A stretch of 30,401 nt of DNA from a virus (taxonomy: Duplodnaviria; Caudoviricetes), in the IMG/VR virus record IMGVR_UViG_3300025277_000096, positions 1-30,401 of that record; one strand, 5' to 3'. Every line of letters starts with the position of its first letter. Position 1 is the first letter of the stretch. The notes beneath the pieces were generated by a model. It was not told the origin of the DNA, searched no databases, and saw only the letters and a list, made by a program, of their open reading frames with translations. Positions 1 through 8,934 of the stretch are shown one piece after another. The position numbers and the translations under genes are program-made.

Positions 1-134
1 ATGTGGATAAGTATTTAAAAGACCACATTGAGGTAATAAAAGATGATAAGTGGTTTTTAAGAAAGTTTGTTGATTTTCAGTATGGTATATTAAACCAAAA
101 TGTAAAAGCACATGCTAGTGTTATGAAAATATTA
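1..134. repeat. Terminal direct repeat, left copy (circular assembly overlap)
   Basis: 1-134 equals 30268-30401 except position 8 (T vs C; GAT/GAC, synonymous Asp). The repeat lies mid-gene and the reading frame continues across the junction. Confidence 0.95.
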
Positions 135-644
135 GATAAATATAACTGTTTAGAAACTGTTTCAAACAGTTTAAATACTGTATCTAGTACAGTTCAAGAT
201 AAGGACAAAGATATAAACATAGATAAGGTTAAGGATAAGGAGAAAGATATGAATCCAGCATTATTAAAAGTAAGTGAAAAACAAAAAAAGACAATAGGTT
301 ATAGAAGAACTATATTTTTAAGAAAGGTAAGTGAGTTTGCAGAAGAATATGATAAAGAGATGAGAATTGATTTTGCTGATTATTGGACAGAATCAGGTGG
401 TAATAAAATGAGATTTGAGAAGGAAAAAGTGTTTGATGTTTCTAAGAGGTTAGCAAGGTGGAGTAAAAATAACTTCAATAAGAAAGATGAAACTGGTAAG
501 TTTAAGTTAGATGCTACAGGAAATTCTTACATAGGATATTGTAGCAAATGTAGAGTATCAGATTTTTTCAATAAATGGGAATTACAAAACCTTGATAGTA
601 GATGTTGTAAAGTAAAGATAATTCCAGTTAGAGAGGATAAATGA
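3..644 (+). CDS. Phage replication initiator/replisome organizer, 3' part (true start at 30093; ~272 aa joined)
   Basis: In frame with 30093-30401 through the terminal repeat. Low-complexity DKDK linker, then F.DYWTE...RF....FD...RL.RW motif typical of phage initiator C-terminal domains, then a Cys-rich tail (CSKC...CC). Confidence 0.7.
   Translation: MDKYLKDHIEVIKDDKWFLRKFVDFQYGILNQNVKAHASVMKILDKYNCLETVSNSLNTVSSTVQDKDKDINIDKVKDKEKDMNPALLKVSEKQKKTIGYRRTIFLRKVSEFAEEYDKEMRIDFADYWTESGGNKMRFEKEKVFDVSKRLARWSKNNFNKKDETGKFKLDATGNSYIGYCSKCRVSDFFNKWELQNLDSRCCKVKIIPVREDK
144..250. other. Candidate replication origin (iteron-like) inside the initiator gene
   Basis: ACWGT at 145, 156, 166, 177, 189. 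Inverted repeats AAACTGTTT-C-AAACAGTTT (154-172) and ACTGTA/TACAGT (177-193), followed by A-rich GATAAG-like repeats. Confidence 0.45.
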
Positions 645-1462
645 AATCAGGCTGGAAAGCAGCACAAGGAAATGAAGATGCAGATCTAAAGATTATATCT
701 CTAGGAATGGGGGTACAATCTACTGCTGTATATTTAATGAGTTCTATGGAATACAAATTGCCCAGAGCAGATTATGCTGTCTTTGCTGATCCACAAGCAG
801 AACACCCTAAAACTTATAAATTATTAGAATGGTTGCTTGATTGGAAAAAGAAAAATAATGGGATAGAGATCATAGTAAATAAAGAGGAGAATTTATATAC
901 AGATATTAAAAGTGCATATAAAAACAATACTAGAGTGGTTTCTATTCCTGCACATACACATAAAAATGGAATAGTAAGAAGGCAATGCACAGAAACTTAT
1001 AAGATAAATCCTGTTATAAAAAGTGTTAGAAAATTACATGGATTAAAGCCTAGAAAAAGAATGAAACCAACAGAACTTTGGCTAGGAATATCTACTGATG
1101 AGATTCAAAGAATGAAAGAATGTTGGAAATATAATATAGATTATTTTTATCCATTGATTTATCACAATATGAGTAGGGCAGATTGTATGAATTTTTTTAG
1201 AGAGAATAATTTTCCAATTCCTGTAAAATCTAGTTGTGTGTTTTGTCCATTCCACTCTGATAAGTTTTGGAGATCTTTAAAAATAGAAAATGGGAGTGCT
1301 TGGAAGATGTCTGTAGAAATAGATAAAATTATAAGACAACACCCTAAAATGAAACAAAGACAATATCTTTCAAGACATTGTAAACCTTTGGATCAGATAG
1401 ATTTTCAAGAGAATCAGACAGATTTGTTTGTAGAAGAATGTGAAGGCTATTGTGGTCTTTAG
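641..1462 (+). CDS. PAPS reductase-like / adenine nucleotide alpha-hydrolase family protein
   Basis: N-terminal SLGMGVQST PP-loop-like motif, FADPQAE, RQCT..YKI.P, LGISTDE, YPLI, KSSCVFCPF and C-terminal ECEGYCGL. Confidence 0.8.
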   Translation: MKSGWKAAQGNEDADLKIISLGMGVQSTAVYLMSSMEYKLPRADYAVFADPQAEHPKTYKLLEWLLDWKKKNNGIEIIVNKEENLYTDIKSAYKNNTRVVSIPAHTHKNGIVRRQCTETYKINPVIKSVRKLHGLKPRKRMKPTELWLGISTDEIQRMKECWKYNIDYFYPLIYHNMSRADCMNFFRENNFPIPVKSSCVFCPFHSDKFWRSLKIENGSAWKMSVEIDKIIRQHPKMKQRQYLSRHCKPLDQIDFQENQTDLFVEECEGYCGL

Positions 1463-1463
1463 A

Positions 1464-1537
1464 AATTGAGGGGAGTGTCCTTAACCTTTCAAATCCCTAC
1501 ACTCTCATAGGGTTTGATCTCCATGCTCCCCTCAGTT
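1464..1537 (+). ncRNA. Candidate structured RNA (nested hairpin) with interior segments complementary to phage gene leaders
   Basis: Outer stem 1464-1478/1523-1537 (core TGAGGGGAG/CTCCCCTCA). Inner stem TCAAA(T)CCCTA/TAGGGTTTGA. Confidence 0.55.
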
Positions 1538-1690
1538 AAATGTAATAAATGTGGAGAAAATAAATCTCAAGATAAGTTCTATAAAGTTTCAGGATATGTA
1601 ATCAGGACCTGTCATAAATGCTATATAGAAATAAGAAAGAAAAGGAGCAAGGAAATTGCTAGAAGAAAAAAGGAAGCTAAATGGTTTTGA
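1523..1690 (+). CDS. Small zinc-finger protein, 55 aa (absent from the ORF track)
   Basis: MLPSVKCNKCGENKSQDKFYKVSGYVIRTCHKCYIEIRKKRSKEIARRKKEAKWF; two CxxC motifs and a basic tail. Its stop overlaps the start of the next gene. Confidence 0.7.
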   Translation: MLPSVKCNKCGENKSQDKFYKVSGYVIRTCHKCYIEIRKKRSKEIARRKKEAKWF

Positions 1691-2625
1691 GTGAAAGATA
1701 CAAAGTAGAATCTATAAAATCTCAAGAAACCTATGACTGGTTATTACATAAACATTATGCTAAAAGAATACCATCTATTTCTTATTCTTTTGGGTTATTC
1801 AAAAATAAAATATTAGAGGGTGTATGTACTTTTGGTATGCCACCAAGTCCAAATTTATGTGAAAGTATAGCAGGGGAAAAATATAAAGATAAAGCTATAG
1901 AATTAAACAGGCTATGTGTTAATGAAGGTTTGCCTAAAAATTGTCTATCTTTTTTTGTTAGCAAAGCACTTAAAATAATAAAAGATTATGACATTGTTAT
2001 TAGTTTTAGTGATATAAATATGGATCACAATGGGTATATATATCAGGCTTGTAATTTTTTATATACAGGAAAAACAAGCAATAGAAAACAATTAATAGAT
2101 AAACATGGTAATGAATTTCATTTTAGAAATGTAGGACACATTCAGAAAAAGTTAAATGGTAACAAAAATACAAAGCATAGAAAAAGAAGATTAAATGAGG
2201 ATAGTTTAGATAGGCAGGTTATTGCTAATTATTTAAGAGATAATAAAGGGGAATATACTGCAAGTCAGTTAGATAAAATTTTTGGGTATAAAGATACTAC
2301 TGCACATTGGTTTAGATTAGATAAGGGCTTTAGTTTTCCAACTGTAGACGATTGGATTAAATTAAAAGAAATATTAAAGTTTGATAATAGCTTAGATGAT
2401 ATTATGATAAACTATGAGTGGTTTCCTGATAGAAAAGACATAATAAAACAACTTGAATTAAAAGAGGTAGATATAAACCCTAAGCACAGATATTTATTTA
2501 TAAAAGGTAAATACAAAAATAGAATATTAGATAGCTTAAATTATGAAATTAAGCCATATCCTAAAGGCAAGAATAAAAGATATGATGCAAGTTATAAGCC
2601 TGTAATACAAGGGAAATTATTTTAA
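1681..2625 (+). CDS. Mom-family (GNAT-like) DNA adenine modification protein with an internal HTH-like insertion
   Basis: Motifs KHYAKR.P, GVCTFG, IELNRL, SFFVS, ISFSD...HNGYIYQACNFLYTG, KHRY and PYPK match Mom-like proteins. The start may be TTG at 1687. Confidence 0.8.
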   Translation: MVLSERYKVESIKSQETYDWLLHKHYAKRIPSISYSFGLFKNKILEGVCTFGMPPSPNLCESIAGEKYKDKAIELNRLCVNEGLPKNCLSFFVSKALKIIKDYDIVISFSDINMDHNGYIYQACNFLYTGKTSNRKQLIDKHGNEFHFRNVGHIQKKLNGNKNTKHRKRRLNEDSLDRQVIANYLRDNKGEYTASQLDKIFGYKDTTAHWFRLDKGFSFPTVDDWIKLKEILKFDNSLDDIMINYEWFPDRKDIIKQLELKEVDINPKHRYLFIKGKYKNRILDSLNYEIKPYPKGKNKRYDASYKPVIQGKLF

Positions 2626-2626
2626 A

Positions 2627-2986
2627 ATGAATAACTTAGAAACTATAACAATAGACCATAAAGTCTTTTCAAGAAATGCTATAGATAAGATGCACTGGGC
2701 AGAGAAAGGAAGATTGAAAGGGCAGTACAGGATCTTAATTAGGAATCAGATGAGGTTGAATAAGATAAAAGCAACTGAAGATAAGTGTGTAATAAAGATA
2801 GAATGTCATGTTAAAAGATTAATGGACACAGATAATATGTGGGGTGGCTTAAAACAATTTATAGATGCTTTATGTACAGAAAACTTTATTTATGATGATA
2901 GCACTACATGGTTAAATATTAAAGAAATTAGACAGATCAAAGCAAAGGAATCCAAAATAGTTGTAGAAAGAATGGTGTGTTCTTGA
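2627..2986 (+). CDS. rusA: RusA-like Holliday junction resolvase
   Basis: RLMDTDNMWGGLKQFIDAL...IYDDS fits the RusA DxDN...K...D...DD pattern; typical size and position before the terminase. Confidence 0.7.
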   Translation: MNNLETITIDHKVFSRNAIDKMHWAEKGRLKGQYRILIRNQMRLNKIKATEDKCVIKIECHVKRLMDTDNMWGGLKQFIDALCTENFIYDDSTTWLNIKEIRQIKAKESKIVVERMVCS

Positions 2987-2993
2987 TTATAAT

Positions 2994-3341
2994 ATGCCTA
3001 TGGCTAATGCTAAAAAAGATACAAAATCTACAGGCAGACCAAAGAAATATGATATAGATACAGAAGAAGTAGAAAAGTTGGCAGGATTTGGTTGTACTAA
3101 CAGAGAAATGGCTAGTTTTTTTGGGTGTTCAGAAGATTTAATTAAAAAGAGTTATTCCAGTTTTCTGACAAAAGGGAGAGATGAGGGAAAAATTAGATTA
3201 AGAAAAATGCAATGGAATGCAGCAGATAGAGGTAGTGTTCCAATGTTAATATGGCTAGGCAAACAAGTATTAGGACAATCAGATAAACAAGAGATAACTG
3301 AAGTAAAACCAATAGATGATATAGTGTTTGATGGGTTGTAG
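2994..3341 (+). CDS. terS: Terminase small subunit
   Basis: GRPKK, HTH-like segment (GCTNREMASFFGCS) and MLIWLGKQVLGQ; immediately upstream of TerL. Confidence 0.8.
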   Translation: MPMANAKKDTKSTGRPKKYDIDTEEVEKLAGFGCTNREMASFFGCSEDLIKKSYSSFLTKGRDEGKIRLRKMQWNAADRGSVPMLIWLGKQVLGQSDKQEITEVKPIDDIVFDGL

Positions 3342-4614
3342 TCTTACACTACATAAAGCAGACTATTTACCACACCAATTTGAATTTATAAAAAGTGGGT
3401 TTGTTGGAGAAAATAAAGACAAGAAAATAGTAGCCATGACAGGGGGTATGGGGAGTGGCAAAACATTTAGCTTCATAGTTAAGACAGCCATCAATCACAT
3501 CACAAGAAAGAACAAAGAAGGTGTTAGCAATGGTTGGATCATATACCCTACTTACTCATTAGCAGAAGAGGTCTTTGTTCCTCCATTCCTAAAGATATTA
3601 GAAGACAAAGGTATTGCCTATGATTATAATGTATCTAAGCATACTATTAAAACAGCTTATGGAAACATAAAGATCTTCCAAATGATTAAGCCTGATAAGA
3701 TTGTGGGTGTGTCTTTAAGTTATTGTGGCTTTGATGAGTTTGATGTATCAAGCTATAGGTATTGTGAAACAGCATTTAATAAAGCTATTGGTAGAATGAG
3801 GGATTGTGACAACCCTGAGATATATATAACTACTACCCCTGAAGGATATAAATATACTTACACTCTCATGGTAGAGAAATCAGATGATAATAAACTTTTA
3901 GTTAGGGGAAAAACAAAAGATAATGTATATTTGCCACAAGGATATTTAAAATTATTAGAAGATAATTATGATAAGAACTTATTAAAGGCATACTCTTTAG
4001 GTGAATTTGTCAACCTCCAACAAGGTCAAACTTTTTATGGATTCAACAGAGATGCCAATGTTCAAGCAGTACCATACAACAGAGCAAAGCCAGTATTGGC
4101 AGGGTGGGACTTTAACTGTGAACCCCAAGTCTGTGTACTTGCAAACCTTTATGAACAACAACCCCAAGTAAGAGTATTTGATTGCATAGCACTTACTCAT
4201 TCAGGTAGTGGAGATCTCCTAACTGAAAGAATGTGTGAAACAATCAAGAATAAATACCCTAATAGTGAATACATAGCATACCCTGATGCAACAGGAGCAT
4301 CTAGATCAACCTCATCAATGTACTCAGATCTAGATATAATTAGAAGGAATGGCTTTAAAATCAAAGCTATGAAAACTAATCCAAGAGTTGTAGACAGGGT
4401 TAATGCTACAAACAAAGCATTAGATGGAAATATAATAATAGATCCTAGATGCAGTACACTAATAGAGGATTTAGAGAAAACTTGTAACAAACAGGGGACA
4501 AGAGAAATAGACAAGAGCAATAAAATGTATAGCCATGCAAGTGATGCTTTCTCATACCTAATTCATTGGGAACTGCCTATTTTGAAACCTACATTGGGGA
4601 GTATTAAGAGATGA
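3328..4614 (+). CDS. terL: Terminase large subunit
   Basis: Walker A GGMGSGKT, Walker B FDE, TTTPEG motif, nuclease domain GWDFN ... YPDATG ... HASDA. Confidence 0.95.
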   Translation: MMGCSLTLHKADYLPHQFEFIKSGFVGENKDKKIVAMTGGMGSGKTFSFIVKTAINHITRKNKEGVSNGWIIYPTYSLAEEVFVPPFLKILEDKGIAYDYNVSKHTIKTAYGNIKIFQMIKPDKIVGVSLSYCGFDEFDVSSYRYCETAFNKAIGRMRDCDNPEIYITTTPEGYKYTYTLMVEKSDDNKLLVRGKTKDNVYLPQGYLKLLEDNYDKNLLKAYSLGEFVNLQQGQTFYGFNRDANVQAVPYNRAKPVLAGWDFNCEPQVCVLANLYEQQPQVRVFDCIALTHSGSGDLLTERMCETIKNKYPNSEYIAYPDATGASRSTSSMYSDLDIIRRNGFKIKAMKTNPRVVDRVNATNKALDGNIIIDPRCSTLIEDLEKTCNKQGTREIDKSNKMYSHASDAFSYLIHWELPILKPTLGSIKR

Positions 4615-5954
4615 TACCAAATTTAAATGAACTATTAGTTTTAAATGCTAAATTTGATGTTAAGCAGAAGTTAAAGAATGCTTGGAAAACAGCAAGACTA
4701 GATGCCTTAGAGTTTTATAAGGGCAGAAGTCTGCCATATACCATGGATTACTTTGATAAGACTTTGTTTGATAAAGTTCCTGCTGCTAATGTTAATGTAA
4801 CCAAAAGAATAGTGGATAGAATTTCTCTTGTATATATGAAGCCACCCAAGAGAACATATACCAAAGAAGACACTCCATTATTATTCCACCATAAAGATTT
4901 TAAATTACAAAGAGCAGAAAGATTCACTAATCTGCTTGATGCTGTGCTTATTAAACCATGTATGAGATTCAATGATAAGAATGAGCAGCAGATTGAATAT
5001 GATTTGATATGGGATTATGAGCCTATCTTTGGAGATGATCCTCTAAAGCCTACAGCAATCACTTATCCTATAGCCACTAAAGATTCTGTAATGGATAATA
5101 CTCCTGAATTGTGGGTATATTGGGATAAAGAAAACACATTCACTTATGATAACAATGGAAAGATTTATACAGATGAAATGAATCCTGAGATGATTAATCC
5201 TTATGGTGTACTTCCTTTTGTTGAGTGCTGGAGAGATGGAAAGCCTGAATCAAGTTATCTAGATACAGATGCTTCAAGTGATTTAATCCAAACCAATAAA
5301 CTAATTAATGTGGCTGAAACTAACAAAAATGCTAACATCATGTTCCAATCCTTTGGGTATATTTACATCAATGGCTCACAATTAGAGAAAGATGATTTGG
5401 ACATTGGTCCTGATAAAATCTCATTTCTAGGTGCAGATGGAACTATGAATCTAGTATCTCCTCCTGATACTGTGGGTACAATAACCAATGCAGTAACTAC
5501 TTCATACAAGATGTTAGCACAAAATTATCACATTGATATTAGCTTTGTAGAAGGCACAGTTGCTCAAAGTGGTGTAGCTATTAAGCTAAGGAATACTGAA
5601 TTAACAGATTCAAGAGTATCAGATGTGATTAGATGGAAAGAAGTTGAGAAACAACTATTTGAACTGGAATCACTAATGATAGCTGTTGATTTAGGTAAAG
5701 ATGCAGGAGAACTTGAGCAGATTGATTTCCAAGAAACTATGGAAGTATTATCAGATGATGAGCAGAGAGCCAAATGGGATTGGGAATTATCTAAGGGATT
5801 AATAGATGAAGCAGATATACTAATACAACAAGATCCTGATAGATTTGAAGATAGGGCAGCAGCACAAGAATATCTAGCAGAAAGAGGAAAGATAACAACA
5901 CCTGAAGAAACACCTGAAGGCTCACTACTGGAACAGCTAATTAAACCTGTTTAA
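4611..5954 (+). CDS. Portal protein (SPP1 gp6-like)
   Basis: 447 aa directly after TerL; NPYGVLPFV and QSGVAIK motifs; acidic C-terminus. Confidence 0.88.
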   Translation: MIPNLNELLVLNAKFDVKQKLKNAWKTARLDALEFYKGRSLPYTMDYFDKTLFDKVPAANVNVTKRIVDRISLVYMKPPKRTYTKEDTPLLFHHKDFKLQRAERFTNLLDAVLIKPCMRFNDKNEQQIEYDLIWDYEPIFGDDPLKPTAITYPIATKDSVMDNTPELWVYWDKENTFTYDNNGKIYTDEMNPEMINPYGVLPFVECWRDGKPESSYLDTDASSDLIQTNKLINVAETNKNANIMFQSFGYIYINGSQLEKDDLDIGPDKISFLGADGTMNLVSPPDTVGTITNAVTTSYKMLAQNYHIDISFVEGTVAQSGVAIKLRNTELTDSRVSDVIRWKEVEKQLFELESLMIAVDLGKDAGELEQIDFQETMEVLSDDEQRAKWDWELSKGLIDEADILIQQDPDRFEDRAAAQEYLAERGKITTPEETPEGSLLEQLIKPV

Positions 5955-6700
5955 TGGGTATAGATGGCTTAATGTCAGATCAATTATTCATAGAACAGAA
6001 CTCACAAACTATTACTGATATATTATTAGAAGTTCAAGAAAAAACTATAGCAGAATTATACCTACTTAAAGGCAATCAAACAGCAGAAGAATTTGTAATG
6101 TTCATTGATAGACTGAATATTGAGCAGATTGTACTTTCTAAATCAGAAAATGCAATCAACATTTATGAACAAGTGCATGGAGGAATGTTACAATCTATTC
6201 AGGGGTTTGCTACACTAGCAGAAGAAACTCTATTAGCATTAAAGAATTATAGCACTCAATCACTATTAAATCAATTAGGCAATATGGCTCAAATCATCAA
6301 GAAAGAAGTGATTAATGGTATTGTAGCAGGATCTCCAATTCAAACAGTAGTCAATGCAGTAAGAGGTCAAGGTGCTTTAAGTAGAAGGCAACTACAAACC
6401 CTTATAGATACATCTATGAATGAGTATTCTAGGAGTGTTACTAAGCTAATGATAGACAAGATGCCTGCAAGTACAAAGTATCAGTACATTGGAGCATTAG
6501 ATGGTAAAACTAGACCTGAGTGCTTAAAGATGATGGCAGCAGGAAATTTAACTAAAGCACAAATAACAGCATCATTTGGAAGTCAGGTGTTTACAAGTGG
6601 TGGTGGATATAATTGTAGGCATAAATGGGAATATGCTTTACAGGATAAGTTTGGACATGATCCTGAAGGTGCTTCTAAAAGATTAGAGGAACTTGATTAA
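5954..6700 (+). CDS. Minor head / head morphogenesis protein (SPP1 gp7 / MuF-like)
   Basis: Follows the portal; C-terminal D.KTRPEC...GGYNCRH motif. The start may be ATG at 5972. Confidence 0.78.
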   Translation: MGIDGLMSDQLFIEQNSQTITDILLEVQEKTIAELYLLKGNQTAEEFVMFIDRLNIEQIVLSKSENAINIYEQVHGGMLQSIQGFATLAEETLLALKNYSTQSLLNQLGNMAQIIKKEVINGIVAGSPIQTVVNAVRGQGALSRRQLQTLIDTSMNEYSRSVTKLMIDKMPASTKYQYIGALDGKTRPECLKMMAAGNLTKAQITASFGSQVFTSGGGYNCRHKWEYALQDKFGHDPEGASKRLEELD

Positions 6701-7251
6701 TGGCTAAATCTAAATTCAAGATGCCTGATCCTATATTAGACACAGCATTCTACAAAGACTGGGGTGCAAAAGCAGTTAATAGATATAGGCATTATATATT
6801 TGATAAAAGCAATCCAAAGATGTCCAATGGTAAAAACTTCCCCTCCTATTCAAAAAGAGGATCTAAGTGGGTTACTATGAATGTAAAAAAGGGATTTAAA
6901 AAAGGAGCTCCTAAAGAAGGTTACTCTTATGAACAAGCTAAACAAGGAAATATGTTAAGAAGGCAAAATTCAGGATATGCAAATTCTACTGCTCCTTATG
7001 TTTCAGGAGATTTAATGAGAGATACCAACTGGGATTATTCTGTGAAAGATGATGCTATATACATTGGTTGGAATGCTCAAGCAAATAAGGTTGATTGGTT
7101 AAGAGATATGAAACCTTCTAGAATATTAACAAGTCATCAGTACCCATATCCAAAAAGTGAATTAACAAAATTAATGCCTGAAATTAATAAACACTTAAAA
7201 AGACTTATGCCTAAAGGAACAAATACTATTAAAGTAGGGAAGAAAAAATAA
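6700..7251 (+). CDS. Basic hypothetical protein, possibly virion morphogenesis family
   Basis: 183 aa ORF coupled to the previous gene (TAATG); SGDLMR motif; located in the head module. Confidence 0.5.
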   Translation: MAKSKFKMPDPILDTAFYKDWGAKAVNRYRHYIFDKSNPKMSNGKNFPSYSKRGSKWVTMNVKKGFKKGAPKEGYSYEQAKQGNMLRRQNSGYANSTAPYVSGDLMRDTNWDYSVKDDAIYIGWNAQANKVDWLRDMKPSRILTSHQYPYPKSELTKLMPEINKHLKRLMPKGTNTIKVGKKK

Positions 7252-7325
7252 TTATTTGTTGATAGTTATTTTAATATATATTAGGACAATGAATTTTAAA
7301 CAATTACTCACAAAAGAGGACACAA

Positions 7326-7907
7326 ATGTCAGAAGAAAATAAAACAACTCAAACTGAAGCCACTCAGGTAAATCCACCTAGCACAGAAGCTAGTAAAAAC
7401 AATGTTTCAGAAGGTAACATTCCACAATCAAGATTCAATGAAGTTAATACTCAGAAGAATGAGTACAAAACTCAGGTATCAGATCTTCAATCTCAATTAG
7501 ATAAGTTCAAAGCAGATCAGGAAACAACTAGAAACAAGGAACTGGAAAAGCAGGGTGAATATAAAAAGCTGTTAGAAGAATCAAATGCTAAACTTGAAAA
7601 GTCCTCAGTTGTTGTAAAAGAATATGAGGAGTACAAAACTAATAAGAGAAATTCCTTAATGGAAACCTTAACAGAAGATACAGATAAATCTATTGCAGAA
7701 AGCCTACCTTTAGATAAATTGGAGTTGTATGTAGGTAAGATTACTAAGAGAAATAATTTACCCACTAACAATTCAAGAGCAGCTAATAATCAACCAGTAG
7801 GAGAGTTTGGTGGATATTCTTCAATGCAAGAATTTGCATCAAAAGATCCAGCTGGTGCAGATAAATATTTAACTGACAATGTAAAAGGATATAAATGGGG
7901 TAAATAA
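7326..7907 (+). CDS. Capsid scaffolding protein
   Basis: RBS AGAGGA; IPQSRFNEVN motif followed by coiled coil (LEKQGEYKKL); directly upstream of the capsid gene. Confidence 0.8.
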   Translation: MSEENKTTQTEATQVNPPSTEASKNNVSEGNIPQSRFNEVNTQKNEYKTQVSDLQSQLDKFKADQETTRNKELEKQGEYKKLLEESNAKLEKSSVVVKEYEEYKTNKRNSLMETLTEDTDKSIAESLPLDKLELYVGKITKRNNLPTNNSRAANNQPVGEFGGYSSMQEFASKDPAGADKYLTDNVKGYKWGK

Positions 7908-8001
7908 TATTTCTCTTTCAATTTAATCCTCACTAGAGGCACTCTACTTGAAGGCTAACAAGCAGTTGATAGATAGGGTGAGAATTAGGAAGAAATATTA
8001 T
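7904..8001 (+). promoter_or_regulatory. Structured capsid-gene leader that sequesters the start codon
   Basis: ATAATATTTCT (7904-7914) is the exact complement of AGAAATATTAT (7991-8001). TAATCCTCAC (7924-7933) pairs 9/10 with GTGAGAATTA (7978-7987). Confidence 0.5.
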
Positions 8002-8923
8002 GGCTCAAGATAGTTTAGTAACAGATGTAGGGGTTGCAGCTGGTGGTCTGGGAACAGCAGTAGCAGCAGCAACAGTTCAATTTAACAAGGCAGCAGTAAT
8101 GCCTAGTCTAATAACAATGGTTCCAGCTCCTCAAGGAACTAGCACAGTTCAATTTCCTGTATATACAAAACATGATCCTACTCATGCTGATCATGGTGTA
8201 GATGAACAGGCTTCAGGTGCTGAAGAAACAATAGCAAATCTAACTAACATTGAAACAACAGCAGTAAGTTGTGAGGTGTTAAGAAGGGCAATCAGGGCAG
8301 AAGTAACTGATTTATCAGCTCATGGTAATGGTGATGCTTTGTTAGTAAATGCAGCAGCTCAACTTGGAAATGATGTAGCAAGAAAGTTTGATGTTGAGGT
8401 ATGTGATTTACTTGATAACTTTAGTAATGGTGTAGGACAAGATGATGCCTTAAACTTTTTGTTATTCATGGACGCTATTGCAACATTAGAAGCAAATGAT
8501 GCTCCAAGACCATATAATGCAGTATTACACCCATTACAGATTTGGGGATCTTATGGTTTAGGTCAAGAGTTTAGCAACCTTGCAACTCCTGCCTTTACAG
8601 GATCAGGTGCATTTGCAGGTCAGGCTTCTGATGGAATTAAAAGTCAATTCATGGATTCTGGTTTAGTAACTAATATTGCAGGTGTTGGTATATATACAAC
8701 AACAGCAGTACTTGATGGTGCAACTGGAAGAAAAGAAGGTGGTATGTTCTCTAAACAAGCTATTGGTTGTGGTTACATTGATTTTGGTGGTGGTAGCTTT
8801 ATCCAAATGGCTTCAGAAAGAGAAGAAGCTTATGCAAAGACAACTCTAGTTTCTAATGCTTATTATGCAGCAGCAGAGTTAGTTGATGTGTGGGGTGTTG
8901 AAATAGATACAGAAGTATCTTAA
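8000..8923 (+). CDS. Major capsid protein (HK97 fold presumed)
   Basis: 307 aa after the scaffold; TVQFP, A.KFD and AVLHPLQ capsid-like motifs; followed by a terminator. Confidence 0.88.
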   Translation: MAQDSLVTDVGVAAGGLGTAVAAATVQFNKAAVMPSLITMVPAPQGTSTVQFPVYTKHDPTHADHGVDEQASGAEETIANLTNIETTAVSCEVLRRAIRAEVTDLSAHGNGDALLVNAAAQLGNDVARKFDVEVCDLLDNFSNGVGQDDALNFLLFMDAIATLEANDAPRPYNAVLHPLQIWGSYGLGQEFSNLATPAFTGSGAFAGQASDGIKSQFMDSGLVTNIAGVGIYTTTAVLDGATGRKEGGMFSKQAIGCGYIDFGGGSFIQMASEREEAYAKTTLVSNAYYAAAELVDVWGVEIDTEVS

Positions 8924-8934
8924 TAAATCAAGGT

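Noticed and set aside
2961-3000. Promoter with TATAAT (2988-2993) before terS
   Set aside because: No convincing -35 or extended -10 at the correct spacing, and TATAAT is common by chance in AT-rich DNA.
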